DNA from: Minisyncoccota bacterium
Lineage (GTDB): Bacteria > Patescibacteriota > Minisyncoccia > Phycocordibacterales > UBA2100
Assembly: GCA_043780835.1 (NCBI GenBank)
Contig: JAYWCB010000012.1
Coordinates: 21,998 to 85,997 of the forward strand
Direction: 5' to 3'
Length of the DNA: 64,000 bases
The notes beneath the pieces were generated by a model. The model saw only the letters and a list, made by a program, of their open reading frames with translations, was not told the origin of the DNA and made no database searches. This document shows, in pieces, positions 1-10,649 of the stretch. Within the stretch, counting starts at the first letter, position 1, and the number at the start of each line of letters is the position of its first letter. A program made the position numbers and the translations under genes.

Positions 1-638
1 CCATTCGTGCCATGCTTGGGCACGACGTGCGAGGAGATTATCGCACCGTTGAACTCGATACCGTTGCGGTCAAATCACCGCAGTTTTCCTATAACCGCAT
101 TAAGGGAGCCGACCCCATTCATTATGTGGAAATGGCCTCGACCGGAGAAGTCGCGTGTTTCGGAGATTCATATTACGAAGCACTGATCAAATCCATGCTT
201 GCTGCCGGTTTCCGATTGCCTAAAATAGGTCCCAAGACAAATATTCTTCTTTCACTCGGTAAAGAAGAAAACAAAGTAAAACTGTTACCGTCGATCCGAA
301 TACTTTCTGAACTCGGATACACGCTCGTCGCCACTGAACACACCGCTGATTTTTTGAAGGGGCACGGCATCAAATGCAAAAAAGTGTACAAACTGCATAG
401 CCGAAAAAAACCGAATGTATCGGAATTATGGGACAGCTTAGATCTCATCATTAACATCCCCGCTCGCGCGCTCGCGCGTGAACCACAAGACGGCTTTATC
501 ATCAGACGCATGGCCGTTGATATGAATATCCCACTCATCACCAATCGACAACTTGCAGAAGCTTTCGTCACCGCACTTTTTGAAATACATGGCAGGAAAA
601 TGAATACGAAACACTGGAAAGAATACGGCCTGCGATAA
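1..638 (+). CDS. carB: Carbamoyl-phosphate synthase large subunit, C-terminal fragment (end of ATP-grasp plus MGS-like domain); 5' end lies outside the window
   Basis: ORF 12..638 is open to the window edge. HYVEMASTGEVACFG and the following MGS-like segment are typical of the CarB C-terminus. Confidence 0.7.
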   Translation, partial: IRAMLGHDVRGDYRTVELDTVAVKSPQFSYNRIKGADPIHYVEMASTGEVACFGDSYYEALIKSMLAAGFRLPKIGPKTNILLSLGKEENKVKLLPSIRILSELGYTLVATEHTADFLKGHGIKCKKVYKLHSRKKPNVSELWDSLDLIINIPARALAREPQDGFIIRRMAVDMNIPLITNRQLAEAFVTALFEIHGRKMNTKHWKEYGLR

Positions 639-642
639 TGCG

Positions 643-3288
643 CTACGTCTTCTTTTGTCGCTTCAGTAACTTTTTGAGGTAATAACCCGTATGTGAGCCC
701 TCCGTACGTGACACTTCCTCTGGCGTGCCATGCGCAATAACCTGACCGCCCCCCGAGCCGCCCTCCGGACCCATATCGATGAGGTAGTCCGCGCATTTCA
801 ACACGTCAAGGTTGTGCTCAATGACAATGACGGTATTCCCACGCTCGACGAGTTTCTGCAGAATATCGATGAGTTTCGCCACATCGTCGTAGTGCAAACC
901 GACTGTCGGCTCATCCAAAAGATAAATACTTTTTGTAATGTGCGGTCTATACAGTTCGGACGCAATTTTCACACGCTGGGCCTCGCCACCGGAGAGTGTA
1001 GTCGCACTCTGTCCCAATTCCAGATAACTAAGTCCCACATCGATGAGTGTTTGCAGCCGATCAGCAATAGCAGGGATGTCTTCGAAGAATGTATTGGCTT
1101 GCTCGACAGTCATCGAGAGCACATCGTGAATACTCTTCTTTTTATATTTGACGTCGAGCGTCTCTTTCATAAAGCGCTTACCGTTACATACATCGCACGT
1201 CACATACACCGTCGGCAAAAAATGCATTTCTACCGCAACAAGACCGTTGCCCTGACACGCTTCACACCGTCCGCCTTTTACGTTGAATGAAAATCGCCCG
1301 GGTCCCCATCCGCGCGCACGTGCCTCTTCGCTCATCGCAAACATATCGCGGATGTGGGTCCACGCACCAGTGTAGGTGGCGGGATTCGATCGTGGCGTGC
1401 GACCAATGGCAGATTGATCGATCAGAATGGCACGACCGAGGTATTCGGTACCGGAAAATTCCTTTACGTTGTAGAGTTTTGCAGTACGGAATCGTTTGTC
1501 AAAACGCGCCTGCAAATTGCGATGCAGTATTTCGTAGAGAAATGTGGATTTACCTGAACCCGAGACACCGGTAATGCCCACGAGTTTACCGAGCGGTACA
1601 TCTACGTTTACATTTTTGAGGCTAAATTTTGAAGCTCCACGCACCTTAATCTTTCCCTTATCCGCCGTGCGACGCTGTTCGGGCACATCGACTTGCAATT
1701 CTTCCCGCAAATATCCGAGCGTGCGTGAGCCAGATGTATTTTTCTTCGCCGTCAATAAATCGTCGAGCCAACCGGCCGCCACGATCTCTCCGCCGTGCGT
1801 CCCTGCACCCGGTCCAAGATCAATAATATAGTCTGCTGCAAAAATGGTATCTTCGTCGTGCTCGACGACGAGCACAGAATTACCAAGATCTCGCAGTCGC
1901 TTGAGTGTCTCGATCAATTTTTCGTTGTCCCGCTGGTGCAAGCCGATCGTCGGTTCATCGAGCACATAAAGCGCGCCGACGAGCCCTGAACCGAGCTGCG
2001 ATGCAAGACGGATTCGCTGCGCTTCGCCCCCTGAGAGTGTATTTGCTTTTCGATCGAGCGTGAGGTATTCGATACCCACATTGAGCATAAACTGCAAGCG
2101 ACTCGTTATTTCTTTGATCACGGCTTTTGAAATTTCTTTTTCCTTGGCAGAAAGCTTCAGTTTGTCAAAAAATGCCTGCGCGTCTTCAATCGAAAGTGAT
2201 GCGATCTTTACGATATCCATTCCGTGCGCCGGCCCGCTATGATCTTCGGGAGCCTTTACGGGACCTAAGAACACATTGAGCGCTTCCGGTCGCAAGCGTG
2301 CTCCGTTGCAGACTTCGCAGTTTTCGTCGGAAAATAAATACTTAGTGCCCAATCCCTTGCATTCCGGACACGCACCGTAGGGTGAATTGAAGGAAAACAG
2401 TCGCGGCTCGACTTCCGGAAAAGAAAAACCATCGTACGGGCACATAAATTTGGCAGATACGATTCGCTGCCCACCATTGGCGTCTGTAATACGCACGAGG
2501 CCTTCGCTCTCATGAAGTGCGCGCTCAATGGCTTCGGATGCCCGCTCGTGTGCGGCCTTCGGATCGTCTTTAAATTCCGACACAAAGAGCTCGTCGACGA
2601 TCACGTCGATATCGTGTCGATCATTTTTAGACAGTACGATGCGTTCGCGCAAAGATTTTTCTTCCCCGTCAACAACTACTTTTTCGAACCCTTTGTTCAA
2701 CAAGTCGTACAATAACTGGTAGTACTCACCTTTGCGCCCCACTACAATAGGAGACGAAATGCGCACCTTTCCATCGCTCACTCCTTTTGTGAGCTTGACG
2801 TCCTTCTTTACCGTTTTCGGCGAGGATTCAACGATTTCCAGTATCGTGTGAAGGATTTCTTCATTACTCAGCTTGCGAACTTCGCGACCGCAGATCGGAC
2901 AATGCGGGTGGCCGATACGCGCATAGAGCACACGCAGGTAATCGTATATTTCTGTAATAGTCGCGACAGTGGATCGTGGATTGTTTGAACGTGATTTTTG
3001 GTCGATCGAAATTGCTGGTGAAAGCCCTGTTATCTCGTCCACATCGGGCTTTTGCATTTGACGTAGAAATTGTCGCGCATACGCGGATAGCGATTCAACA
3101 TATTTGCGCTGGCCTTCTGCGAAGATTGTATCGAATGCGAGCGATGATTTACCCGATCCGGACAGGCCGGTGAATACCACCATTTTATTACGCGGCATTT
3201 CAACGCTCACATTCTTGAGATTGTGTGTGCGTGCACCCTTGATAACGATTTTATCTTTTGATTTTTCGGGATCTCTGTCTTTGTCCAT
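643..3288 (-). CDS. uvrA: Excinuclease ABC subunit A
   Basis: 881 aa. N-terminus [58 protein letters not shown], two ABC ATPase modules, zinc-finger CxxC motifs. The stop codon is TAG. Confidence 0.95.
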   Translation of the reverse strand: MDKDRDPEKSKDKIVIKGARTHNLKNVSVEMPRNKMVVFTGLSGSGKSSLAFDTIFAEGQRKYVESLSAYARQFLRQMQKPDVDEITGLSPAISIDQKSRSNNPRSTVATITEIYDYLRVLYARIGHPHCPICGREVRKLSNEEILHTILEIVESSPKTVKKDVKLTKGVSDGKVRISSPIVVGRKGEYYQLLYDLLNKGFEKVVVDGEEKSLRERIVLSKNDRHDIDVIVDELFVSEFKDDPKAAHERASEAIERALHESEGLVRITDANGGQRIVSAKFMCPYDGFSFPEVEPRLFSFNSPYGACPECKGLGTKYLFSDENCEVCNGARLRPEALNVFLGPVKAPEDHSGPAHGMDIVKIASLSIEDAQAFFDKLKLSAKEKEISKAVIKEITSRLQFMLNVGIEYLTLDRKANTLSGGEAQRIRLASQLGSGLVGALYVLDEPTIGLHQRDNEKLIETLKRLRDLGNSVLVVEHDEDTIFAADYIIDLGPGAGTHGGEIVAAGWLDDLLTAKKNTSGSRTLGYLREELQVDVPEQRRTADKGKIKVRGASKFSLKNVNVDVPLGKLVGITGVSGSGKSTFLYEILHRNLQARFDKRFRTAKLYNVKEFSGTEYLGRAILIDQSAIGRTPRSNPATYTGAWTHIRDMFAMSEEARARGWGPGRFSFNVKGGRCEACQGNGLVAVEMHFLPTVYVTCDVCNGKRFMKETLDVKYKKKSIHDVLSMTVEQANTFFEDIPAIADRLQTLIDVGLSYLELGQSATTLSGGEAQRVKIASELYRPHITKSIYLLDEPTVGLHYDDVAKLIDILQKLVERGNTVIVIEHNLDVLKCADYLIDMGPEGGSGGGQVIAHGTPEEVSRTEGSHTGYYLKKLLKRQKKT

Positions 3289-3364
3289 ATAGTTTTGCCC
3301 GCGGCTTACGCCGTGGGTTTTGTAGGGCCACTATACCATAATGACCAAAATCGAATGACCCGAC

Positions 3365-4285
3365 TCACAACAATGCCGCTTCCTCATGTAGCTCAATTCC
3401 GAAACGATTCTGCACTTCCATTTTTACAATCGCAGCAAGATTGCGCACATCCTGCGCAGTAGCATTGCCCTGGTTCACGATGTAGTTCGGATGCTGCACG
3501 CTCGCGATAGCACCGCCCACGACGACGCCCTTCATGCCGGCTTTTTCTATCAGCCACCCGGCAGGCACACGACTCTCGCGCGACGAAACACCCTTTTCCG
3601 CTTCAAAAACCGCAACGATAGTCTGCGGTGCAACAGGATTCATAAAAAAAGAACCGGCGGCTCGTACATTTTGCAAGTGCCGTTTTTCACGCTCTACAAT
3701 AGTGTCGCGTGCAAGCACCGCACTCAGTTCCGGATCCGTCTCCTGCAGATCGAGAACGACTTCCGTTATGATCCACTCCGGATTTTTCTTGAAATAGCTG
3801 TGCCGGTACGAGAATTCGGCTCCCTCTAAACCAAAAATCCTCTTGTTGCGAGTTATTCTGTTGATTGCATGGATCTCGCGCACAAAATCCTTAATCTCGG
3901 GACCGAATGCGCCGGCATTGCCGCGCACCGCACCGCCAATTGATCCGGGAATACCCGCGAGCTTCTCCCAGCCTCCTAAACCGTGTGACGATGCCTCGGT
4001 TATGAGTGTGAGCAAATTGCACCCTGCGTTGGCAGTAAGCGCGAATCCGGTGAATGTATGGGTTGTACCGACCATATGAATCACGAGTGCATCGATGCCC
4101 GTATCAGGCACGAGCACATTACTTCCGCCTGCAAGAATTACGGTCTGTATGTGATGAGCCTCTGCCCACTGCAGCGCATCCAAAAGATCCGCGTCATTTG
4201 ATACTTCGACGAAATAGCGAGCCGTGCCGCCGATTTCAAACGTTGTGAGGTGCGCGAGCGGAACATGTTCTTTCATCACGGGCAT
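3365..4285 (-). CDS. murB: UDP-N-acetylenolpyruvoylglucosamine reductase MurB. The ORF extends to 4345, but the likely start is the internal ATG at 4285 (MPVMKEH), abutting the uvrB stop
   Basis: FAD-binding N-terminus VPLAHLTTFEIGGTARYFVEV...ILAGGSNVLV; about 305 aa; stop codon TGA. Confidence 0.85.
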   Translation of the reverse strand: MPVMKEHVPLAHLTTFEIGGTARYFVEVSNDADLLDALQWAEAHHIQTVILAGGSNVLVPDTGIDALVIHMVGTTHTFTGFALTANAGCNLLTLITEASSHGLGGWEKLAGIPGSIGGAVRGNAGAFGPEIKDFVREIHAINRITRNKRIFGLEGAEFSYRHSYFKKNPEWIITEVVLDLQETDPELSAVLARDTIVEREKRHLQNVRAAGSFFMNPVAPQTIVAVFEAEKGVSSRESRVPAGWLIEKAGMKGVVVGGAIASVQHPNYIVNQGNATAQDVRNLAAIVKMEVQNRFGIELHEEAALL

Positions 4286-4286
4286 A

Positions 4287-6362
4287 TTATTTTGAAGTTT
4301 GTTTTTTTGCTTTCTTTTCCGCTTTGCCCTGAGTCGCAATCTCAAGATCTAATTTAGAAACTTCGTCCCGCAAAAGCGCCGCGGTTTCAAAATCCAATGA
4401 GTCGGCTGCGTCGTGCATCTGACGGCGTTTTTCTGCAACCAATTTTTTGATGTCTCCGCCATGGGCAATGAGATCCTGCTCGACGAGCTGATCCACCGCC
4501 CGCGATCGCGCACGCATGATATCTCCGATGATGTCGTTGATTTTTTTCTTAATGGTCTCCGGTGTAATGCCGTGTTTGGTATTGTAGGCCACCTGCACTG
4601 CACGTCGTTTGTTGGTGATATCAATCGCACGATCCATTGATCCGGTATGGTGATCTGCATACAGAATGACGCGTCCGTTTACGTTTCGCGCGGCACGACC
4701 AATGGTCTGTATGAGCGACGTCTCGCTGCGAAGAAAACCCTCCTTATCAGAATCAAGAATGCCGACCAGTTCTACTTCCGGCAAATCCAATCCTTCGCGC
4801 AATAAGTTGACTCCGACAAGAACGTCAAACGTCCCCTTTCGGAAATCGGTGAGTATTTCAATGCGATCGATCGTTTTCACATCGCTGTGCACATATCGAG
4901 CTTTGATTTTCTTTTCGATGAGAAAGTTCGTCAAATCTTCCGCCATTTTCTTCGTCAGCACCGTTACCATTGAGCGTGCTCCTTTTGCCGTGGTTTCTTC
5001 TGCTTCCCGAATGAAATCGCGTACCTGCCCGGGGTACTCTATTCCGGTGAGCGTATCCGAGCCGCCGCTTACAACGGGACGCACGACAATTTCAGGATCA
5101 ATAAGTCCGGTCGGACGAATGACCATCGCAATCGGCTCGCCGCTCTTTTCTAACTCGTATTTACCCGGTGTGGCTGACGTATAAATCGTCTGGCCGACAC
5201 GCGCTTCGAATTCTTTAAAATTAAGGGGTCGATTATCGACCGCACTCGGTAAGCGGAACCCGTGCTCTATGAGCATATCTTTTCGTGCCCGGTCTCCCGC
5301 ATACATTCCGCCGATCTGCGGTACCGTCATGTGGGATTCGTCGATCACCGTAAGAAACTCGGGCGTGCCGTCCGCCGCATGCGGGAAATAGCTCATGAGC
5401 GTGTATGGCGGCTCTCCCGGTTCGCGACGATCAAAATGCCGCGAATAATTTTCTATACCATTACAAAAACCAAACTCCCGAATCATGCCGATGTCTTGTC
5501 TCGTACGACGCTTGAGTCGTTCGGCTTCAAGAATTTTTCCTTGTTCGCCTAAAACCTTGAGTCGATCTTCAAGCTCCGCTTTTATATCTGCGAGCGCCGC
5601 CTCTTGCACATCTTTCGGTGTTACGTACTGGCGAGCCGGATACAGAAAGGTCGCATCGTGCGTCCCTAAAATCTCGCGCGTGACAGCACTGATTTCTTCG
5701 ATCTTGAGAATGCTTCCTCCCGTGAGATCAATGCGATAAATGACACGCTCAGATGCAGGCATAATTTCAACGCGTGAACCGAGTGCGCGGAATGTGCCCG
5801 GTGAGAGGTCTCCTGCAACACGGTCAAAATAAATACCGATGAGCTTTCGCGTCAGTGTCGCACGAGTCATTTGTTCACCAACCACAAGTTTTAAATTTAC
5901 TTTTTGGTATTCGATCGGGCTTCCCAGTCCGTAAATGCACGAAACCGAAGCCACAATGATGACGTCTTTTCGCGTGAGAAGTGCTTGCGTCGCGGCATGC
6001 CGAAGTCGTTCGATGTCTTCGTTGATCATCGCCTCTTTTTCTATATACGTGTCCGACACCGGGACATATGCCTCGGGCTGGTAGTAATCGTAATACGAGA
6101 CGAAATAGTGCACTGCCGCATCAGGAAAAAAATCGCGATATTCGCTGGCGAGCTGTGCGGCGAGTGTTTTATTGTGCGCAATCACCAACGTCGGTTTTCC
6201 GATCGCTTCGATTACGTTTGCGATGGTATACGTCTTACCGGAGCCGGTCACACCTAAAAGCGTCTGGTGCGCTTCACCCTTTCGTAAACCTTGAAGCAAT
6301 AACTCTATTGCTTTCGGTTGGTCGCCCGAGGGTTTATATTCGCTCACGATTTTTAATGCCAT
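4287..6362 (-). CDS. uvrB: Excinuclease ABC subunit B
   Basis: 691 aa. LLGVTGSGKTYTIANVI Walker A, helicase motifs, and a C-terminal UvrB/UvrC-interaction coiled coil. Confidence 0.95.
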   Translation of the reverse strand: MALKIVSEYKPSGDQPKAIELLLQGLRKGEAHQTLLGVTGSGKTYTIANVIEAIGKPTLVIAHNKTLAAQLASEYRDFFPDAAVHYFVSYYDYYQPEAYVPVSDTYIEKEAMINEDIERLRHAATQALLTRKDVIIVASVSCIYGLGSPIEYQKVNLKLVVGEQMTRATLTRKLIGIYFDRVAGDLSPGTFRALGSRVEIMPASERVIYRIDLTGGSILKIEEISAVTREILGTHDATFLYPARQYVTPKDVQEAALADIKAELEDRLKVLGEQGKILEAERLKRRTRQDIGMIREFGFCNGIENYSRHFDRREPGEPPYTLMSYFPHAADGTPEFLTVIDESHMTVPQIGGMYAGDRARKDMLIEHGFRLPSAVDNRPLNFKEFEARVGQTIYTSATPGKYELEKSGEPIAMVIRPTGLIDPEIVVRPVVSGGSDTLTGIEYPGQVRDFIREAEETTAKGARSMVTVLTKKMAEDLTNFLIEKKIKARYVHSDVKTIDRIEILTDFRKGTFDVLVGVNLLREGLDLPEVELVGILDSDKEGFLRSETSLIQTIGRAARNVNGRVILYADHHTGSMDRAIDITNKRRAVQVAYNTKHGITPETIKKKINDIIGDIMRARSRAVDQLVEQDLIAHGGDIKKLVAEKRRQMHDAADSLDFETAALLRDEVSKLDLEIATQGKAEKKAKKQTSK

Positions 6363-6398
6363 CCGACTACTGTATCAAAAATGGTTCTCACGGGCATT

Positions 6399-6420
6399 AA
6401 AAAAGGCCCCTGAAGGGCCG
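6399..6420 (-). terminator. Rho-independent terminator-like hairpin (GGCCC-loop-GGGCC followed by T6 on the minus strand)
   Basis: Plus strand reads AAAAAAGGCCCCTGAAGGGCC; on the minus strand the stem is followed by TTTTTT. It lies 320 nt downstream of the tgt stop and just upstream of the uvrB start. Confidence 0.5.
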
Positions 6421-6739
6421 AGTGTATCGCGTCGTTTCTTCTGAGGTAGTGCGAGTTTTGACTATTTCGCCTGCTTTGGTGGCTCAGTCTTTCCCAGTTG
6501 GTCCTTCGACGACTTGTCGGCAGGCTCCTGCGTATACTGGACCGGCTTGCGAACCAATCCTCCCCCGAAGCGACCCTCGGGTCCGGGTAGTCCGATTCCT
6601 CGACCGGTAATTCCCTGGAGTGGTTTTGTCATTGGTCAACCTTTTCTCGTTTCGTCGTCAGTTGAACGCAGATATACATCGCACGTGATTACACGCACGT
6701 AAATAGTATACCAGTGTTTTGGGATTTGTACACTCACAA

Positions 6740-7984
6740 CTACGCGCGCTTCACATAACCGGCGAGGAACGAGTCACGAAATTCTGCGAAGTTCCCGTTT
6801 ACTATGGACTCCCGAATCCGCGCCGTGAGGGTTGAGAGAAAATACATGTTGTGCATCGACGCGAGTATCATGCCGAGCATTTCTTTGGAGCGAAATAAAT
6901 GATGCACATAGCTTTTGGTATACGTTTTGCAGACGCGACAATCACACAGCGGATCAATGGGAGAGAAATCGGTTGCATACGCCGCTCGTTCGATTGAAAA
7001 TTTACCGTGCTCCGTATATACGGTACCATTGCGTCCGTTTCTCGTCGGTACAACACAATCGAACGTGTCGATGCCGGACTCGACTCCGATAAACATATCC
7101 TCGGGTTCGCCGATGCCGAGCAAATGGCGAGGCTTTTCTTGTGGCAAAACGCGGTTCACCTTTTCTAAAATGCCCATAATGTCGGCCTTGCTGAAGGTGC
7201 CGCCGATGCCATATCCGTCAAAATCCATATCCGCGAGCGTTTGAGCACTCTCGAGTCGCAGATCCTCATAGCGGCCACCTTGTACGATTCCGTAAATTCC
7301 TTGACGGTTATTTGCGTCTATATTGCCCCGATGCGTTTTGAGACTACGTTCAGCCCAACGATGCGTGCGATCCATGGATTCTTTCTGATCAGGATGCGGC
7401 TCAGTAGGAGCAATAAACTCATCGAATGCAAAAATAATATCCGCGCCGAGCGCATGTTGGATTTCAATGGAGCGCTCAGGAGTAAACCGGTGCAGGGACC
7501 CGTCATGATGTGAGGTAAATGAGACGCCCTCGTCATCGACAATGGCGAGTTTTCCGTGTTCGGTAGCTGTGTCTTCGTCATACAGTGTGACACCTGCATC
7601 GCGGGGTTTATCTGCCTCAGTGATCTTCGATACCTGTTTACCAAATCCGACCCCAAGTGAAAATACCTGAAATCCGCCGGAATCAGTCATTGTTGGCCCG
7701 TCCCATGCCATAAATTTTCCGACGCCGCCTGCTGCTTCGACAATCTTTTCTCCCGGCGTCAGGTACAAATGATACGCATTCGTGATCACTCCCTGCAGCG
7801 CCATCTCCTTAAAATCAAATGAGGCAAGGCCTTTGGCTGTCGCTTTTGTAGCCACACCCATAAATGCGGGCGTCTTAATATCTCCATGTGGCGTAGATAA
7901 CGTACCCGCTCGTGCGAGCGTGCCCGGCACCGCGTGCTCTGTGGAAAATGATATGGGACGCTTCATAGCGGGCAAGCGTACCAC
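6740..7984 (-). CDS. tgt: Queuine tRNA-ribosyltransferase (alternative start at 7966, MKRP)
   Basis: TPAFMGVATKATAKG, MTDSGGFQVFSLG, and the zinc site CDCRVCKTYTKSYVHHLF. Confidence 0.9.
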   Translation of the reverse strand: MVRLPAMKRPISFSTEHAVPGTLARAGTLSTPHGDIKTPAFMGVATKATAKGLASFDFKEMALQGVITNAYHLYLTPGEKIVEAAGGVGKFMAWDGPTMTDSGGFQVFSLGVGFGKQVSKITEADKPRDAGVTLYDEDTATEHGKLAIVDDEGVSFTSHHDGSLHRFTPERSIEIQHALGADIIFAFDEFIAPTEPHPDQKESMDRTHRWAERSLKTHRGNIDANNRQGIYGIVQGGRYEDLRLESAQTLADMDFDGYGIGGTFSKADIMGILEKVNRVLPQEKPRHLLGIGEPEDMFIGVESGIDTFDCVVPTRNGRNGTVYTEHGKFSIERAAYATDFSPIDPLCDCRVCKTYTKSYVHHLFRSKEMLGMILASMHNMYFLSTLTARIRESIVNGNFAEFRDSFLAGYVKRA

Positions 7985-8134
7985 ACACTGGTGCTATTTT
8001 TTTCCTCCCTTCTTACCGCCCTGACTTCTGTTTTGCTGCATGCGCGGCGCAACACGCAAGGGCGTTTTGGCACCTGAATTTTTCTTTAAACGTTGCGAAC
8101 CTTCGATCGGATTTTTTGCCATATGATGATCTGT

Positions 8135-9373
8135 TTATTTCTCCAATCGTAACACGGCTATGTTGCGCTTTCCTCGCTTCAGAAGCGCGTGACCGTTTTG
8201 GAAATCGCCGCTTGTGAGCGGTCTATCTTGCGAGACCGCGGTTCCATTGAGGGTGATGGCGTTTCCTGAAATATATTCACGCGCTTCTCGCTTGGAGCTC
8301 GCCAATTGACTCTCAACGAGCATGTCTAGAATAGCAGCACCCTCGTGGACTGAACGTGAAGGCGCGCTCTGCGCAATAATTACCCAGTCTTCGCCTGTTG
8401 GGCTTTCCGTGCCAAACAAAAGCTGCGAGATGCGCTCAGCACGCGCACTTTCTGTTGACCCATGCACCAGACCCGTCACCGATCTCGCGAGCAGTCGCTG
8501 CGCAAACCGTTCTGCCGGATTTACATGTTGACGCCTGATGGCAATATCAATGTCTTCGCGAGGAAGAAGTGTAAATTTGAGCAACAACTCCTCGACCATG
8601 TCATCACCAACATTGACAAAAAATTGATAAAACTCATAGATACTCGTCTTTGTTTCATCGAGCCAAATCGCATTACCCTCGCTCTTCCCAAATTTCTTGC
8701 CTGTTGATTTATCCACAATCAATGGCGACGAAAGCGCGAATACCTTTGTATTTTCTTTGCGTCGTATTAGATCAACGCCCGCAATAATATTGCCCCATTG
8801 ATCGGATCCGCCGATTTGTACATTGCATCCGTATTCTTTGAATAGATGCCAAAAATCGTATGCCTGTAAAAGTGGATACGAAAATTCAGTGAAAGAAATA
8901 CCATCTGTACTTTCGAGCCGCGCGCTGATTGCATCTTTTTTAATTAGATTGTTTACAGTGAAATGTTTTCCCGTATCGCGAAGGAATTCCATCAGGCTCA
9001 GCTTTGTAAGCCAGTCCGCGTTATTGACGAGCTGCAGTTCCACACCACCAAGGATTTTTTCCGCCTGAGCCTTTAATTTAGCGGCCCGTTCTGCAACAAC
9101 TGTCGCGTCGGTGAGTGTCCGCTCCACATCCGGTTTGGGGTCACCTGCAAGCGCGGTTCCTCCACCAATAATGAGAATCACTTTGTGTCCCGCCTCAGCA
9201 AACCTACGCAGAAACATATACTGCACAAAATTTCCCACATGGATGGAATCGGCAGTCGGATCAACGCCTAGGTATACGGTTCGCGTCTCGCCGTCTGTTA
9301 TTTCTTCAAGAGCCTCGGATGAGAACTGATGTGCGTATCCTCGCTCTTTTAGTATCTCGGACAGCTTTGCCAT
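8135..9373 (-). CDS. tyrS: Tyrosyl-tRNA synthetase (class I) with C-terminal S4 domain. The ORF extends to 9478, but the conserved N-terminus starts at ATG 9373 (MAKLSEILKERGY)
   Basis: HIGH-type motif HVGN, KMSKS-type motif KFGKS, C-terminal S4-like RNA-binding region. Confidence 0.9.
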   Translation of the reverse strand: MAKLSEILKERGYAHQFSSEALEEITDGETRTVYLGVDPTADSIHVGNFVQYMFLRRFAEAGHKVILIIGGGTALAGDPKPDVERTLTDATVVAERAAKLKAQAEKILGGVELQLVNNADWLTKLSLMEFLRDTGKHFTVNNLIKKDAISARLESTDGISFTEFSYPLLQAYDFWHLFKEYGCNVQIGGSDQWGNIIAGVDLIRRKENTKVFALSSPLIVDKSTGKKFGKSEGNAIWLDETKTSIYEFYQFFVNVGDDMVEELLLKFTLLPREDIDIAIRRQHVNPAERFAQRLLARSVTGLVHGSTESARAERISQLLFGTESPTGEDWVIIAQSAPSRSVHEGAAILDMLVESQLASSKREAREYISGNAITLNGTAVSQDRPLTSGDFQNGHALLKRGKRNIAVLRLEK

Positions 9374-9647
9374 AGACGCCAGAATAACATAGAGAGAGGC
9401 CCCGAGTGCAGTTGCACTCGGGGCCTCAAGGGTTTCGTTATTTACAACACACGAACAAAACCAGACGCCGAAGCGCAAACGGTTGAGTATCGCTGCATAA
9501 CGATTACGGAAACCCGTTCCGGACGAACGAAGTCATGGCCATGGAGCTGTGTCGGGCACCACGAACTTCGACTCTTATCCCGCCATTTCGCCATTAGCGG
9601 CTCACCGCCCGATCCGTATGCATGATGACTGATACATAGTGGCAACG

Positions 9648-10073
9648 TCAAGCACCGTGTGTCCCATCGCGTATATGCTCGCGATGACGCACCTCTTCCT
9701 CATCCATGCCCAAATAGTGTGCATACTCGTGCCACACGGTTTCATCGACAATGCGTCGCACATGCGACAGGTATTCCTCGTGAGAAGCCTGTGGCGGACA
9801 CGCCTCCTCCGCAGCGTCTAAAATTGGCTGCTGATATATCGTAATCGTGTCGGGCATTGCCAATCCGCCATAGGTTTCGCCACGTGCCGTAATGGGTATT
9901 CCATGATAATAGCCGAGCAAGGTTTCGCCCTCGGTTAATCCGTTGAGTTTCCGCACTTCCTTCGACGGGTCGTCTTCTATGAGGAGCGCTACGTTTTGCA
10001 CCTTCTTCCGTGCCCATTCCGGCAATTTTTCAAACCCATCCACTACCATTTTTTCAAAATCCTCCGGAGGCAT
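9648..10073 (-). CDS. Putative zinc metallopeptidase, Zincin_1 (PF06262-like) family
   Basis: 141 aa. HEYAHYLG HExxH motif near the C-terminus; the overall pattern matches small PF06262 proteins. Confidence 0.55.
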   Translation of the reverse strand: MPPEDFEKMVVDGFEKLPEWARKKVQNVALLIEDDPSKEVRKLNGLTEGETLLGYYHGIPITARGETYGGLAMPDTITIYQQPILDAAEEACPPQASHEEYLSHVRRIVDETVWHEYAHYLGMDEEEVRHREHIRDGTHGA

Positions 10074-10074
10074 A

Positions 10075-10611
10075 TTACTGCTTCACCAATTCAGCAAAAC
10101 GCTTTTTAATCTTCTCGATTTTTGGCTCGATGATAATCCGGCAATATGGCGCGTCCGCATTCATTTCATAGTAGTTTGCGTGGTATTGCTCAGCCGGAAA
10201 GAAATCTTCGTATGGCACAATCTGCGTAACGACATGCGACCCATCGGTGAGTGAGTCCTGAATTTCTTTTGCAACACGCTCGACAATCGCTTTTTCAGCG
10301 TCGTCATTGTAGTAAATAACGGATCGATACTGCGTGCCCACATCATTACCCTGTCTATTGAGCGTTGTCGGGTCATGGGAACCGAAAAATACCGTCAATA
10401 AATCCTCGTACGTAATGATTGCGGGATCATATGTGACGCGAATCACTTCGGCGTGACCTGTTGAGCCACCACTTACCTGCTCATAGCTTGGATTCTCTTT
10501 CTCACCGCCAGCGTAACCGGACTCCACTTTCGCGACGCCTTTTAACATCTGAAATACCGCTTCTGTGCACCAGAAGCATCCCCCGCCGAATACCGTTGTT
10601 TTTTCACTCAT
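10075..10611 (-). CDS. msrA: Peptide methionine sulfoxide reductase A
   Basis: GCFWC active-site motif, 178 aa. Confidence 0.9.
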   Translation of the reverse strand: MSEKTTVFGGGCFWCTEAVFQMLKGVAKVESGYAGGEKENPSYEQVSGGSTGHAEVIRVTYDPAIITYEDLLTVFFGSHDPTTLNRQGNDVGTQYRSVIYYNDDAEKAIVERVAKEIQDSLTDGSHVVTQIVPYEDFFPAEQYHANYYEMNADAPYCRIIIEPKIEKIKKRFAELVKQ

Positions 10612-10649
10612 GTCTCGAGTATATCAAATGAGCACCCGAGAGCCGACGG

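Noticed and set aside
173-796. 207-aa minus-strand ORF overlapping the carB 3' end
   Set aside because: Antisense to a frame with clear CarB homology; Gly/Arg/Ser-rich composition.
6422-6702. Two 62-codon plus-strand ORFs in the uvrB-tgt gap, and an attempted tRNA/tmRNA fit (GGCTCAGT, GAACCAATCC segments)
   Set aside because: No homology-like motifs in the ORFs. The D-loop-like and T-loop-like strings cannot be assembled into a cloverleaf with proper stems; left as an unexplained non-coding region.
9404-9490. Canonical T-box antiterminator (AGGGUGGNACCGCG) in the tyrS leader
   Set aside because: Only a weak GUGGUGCCCG match about 120 nt upstream of the terminator stem, not adjacent to it. 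Kept as an attenuator-like leader, but a canonical T-box is not demonstrated.
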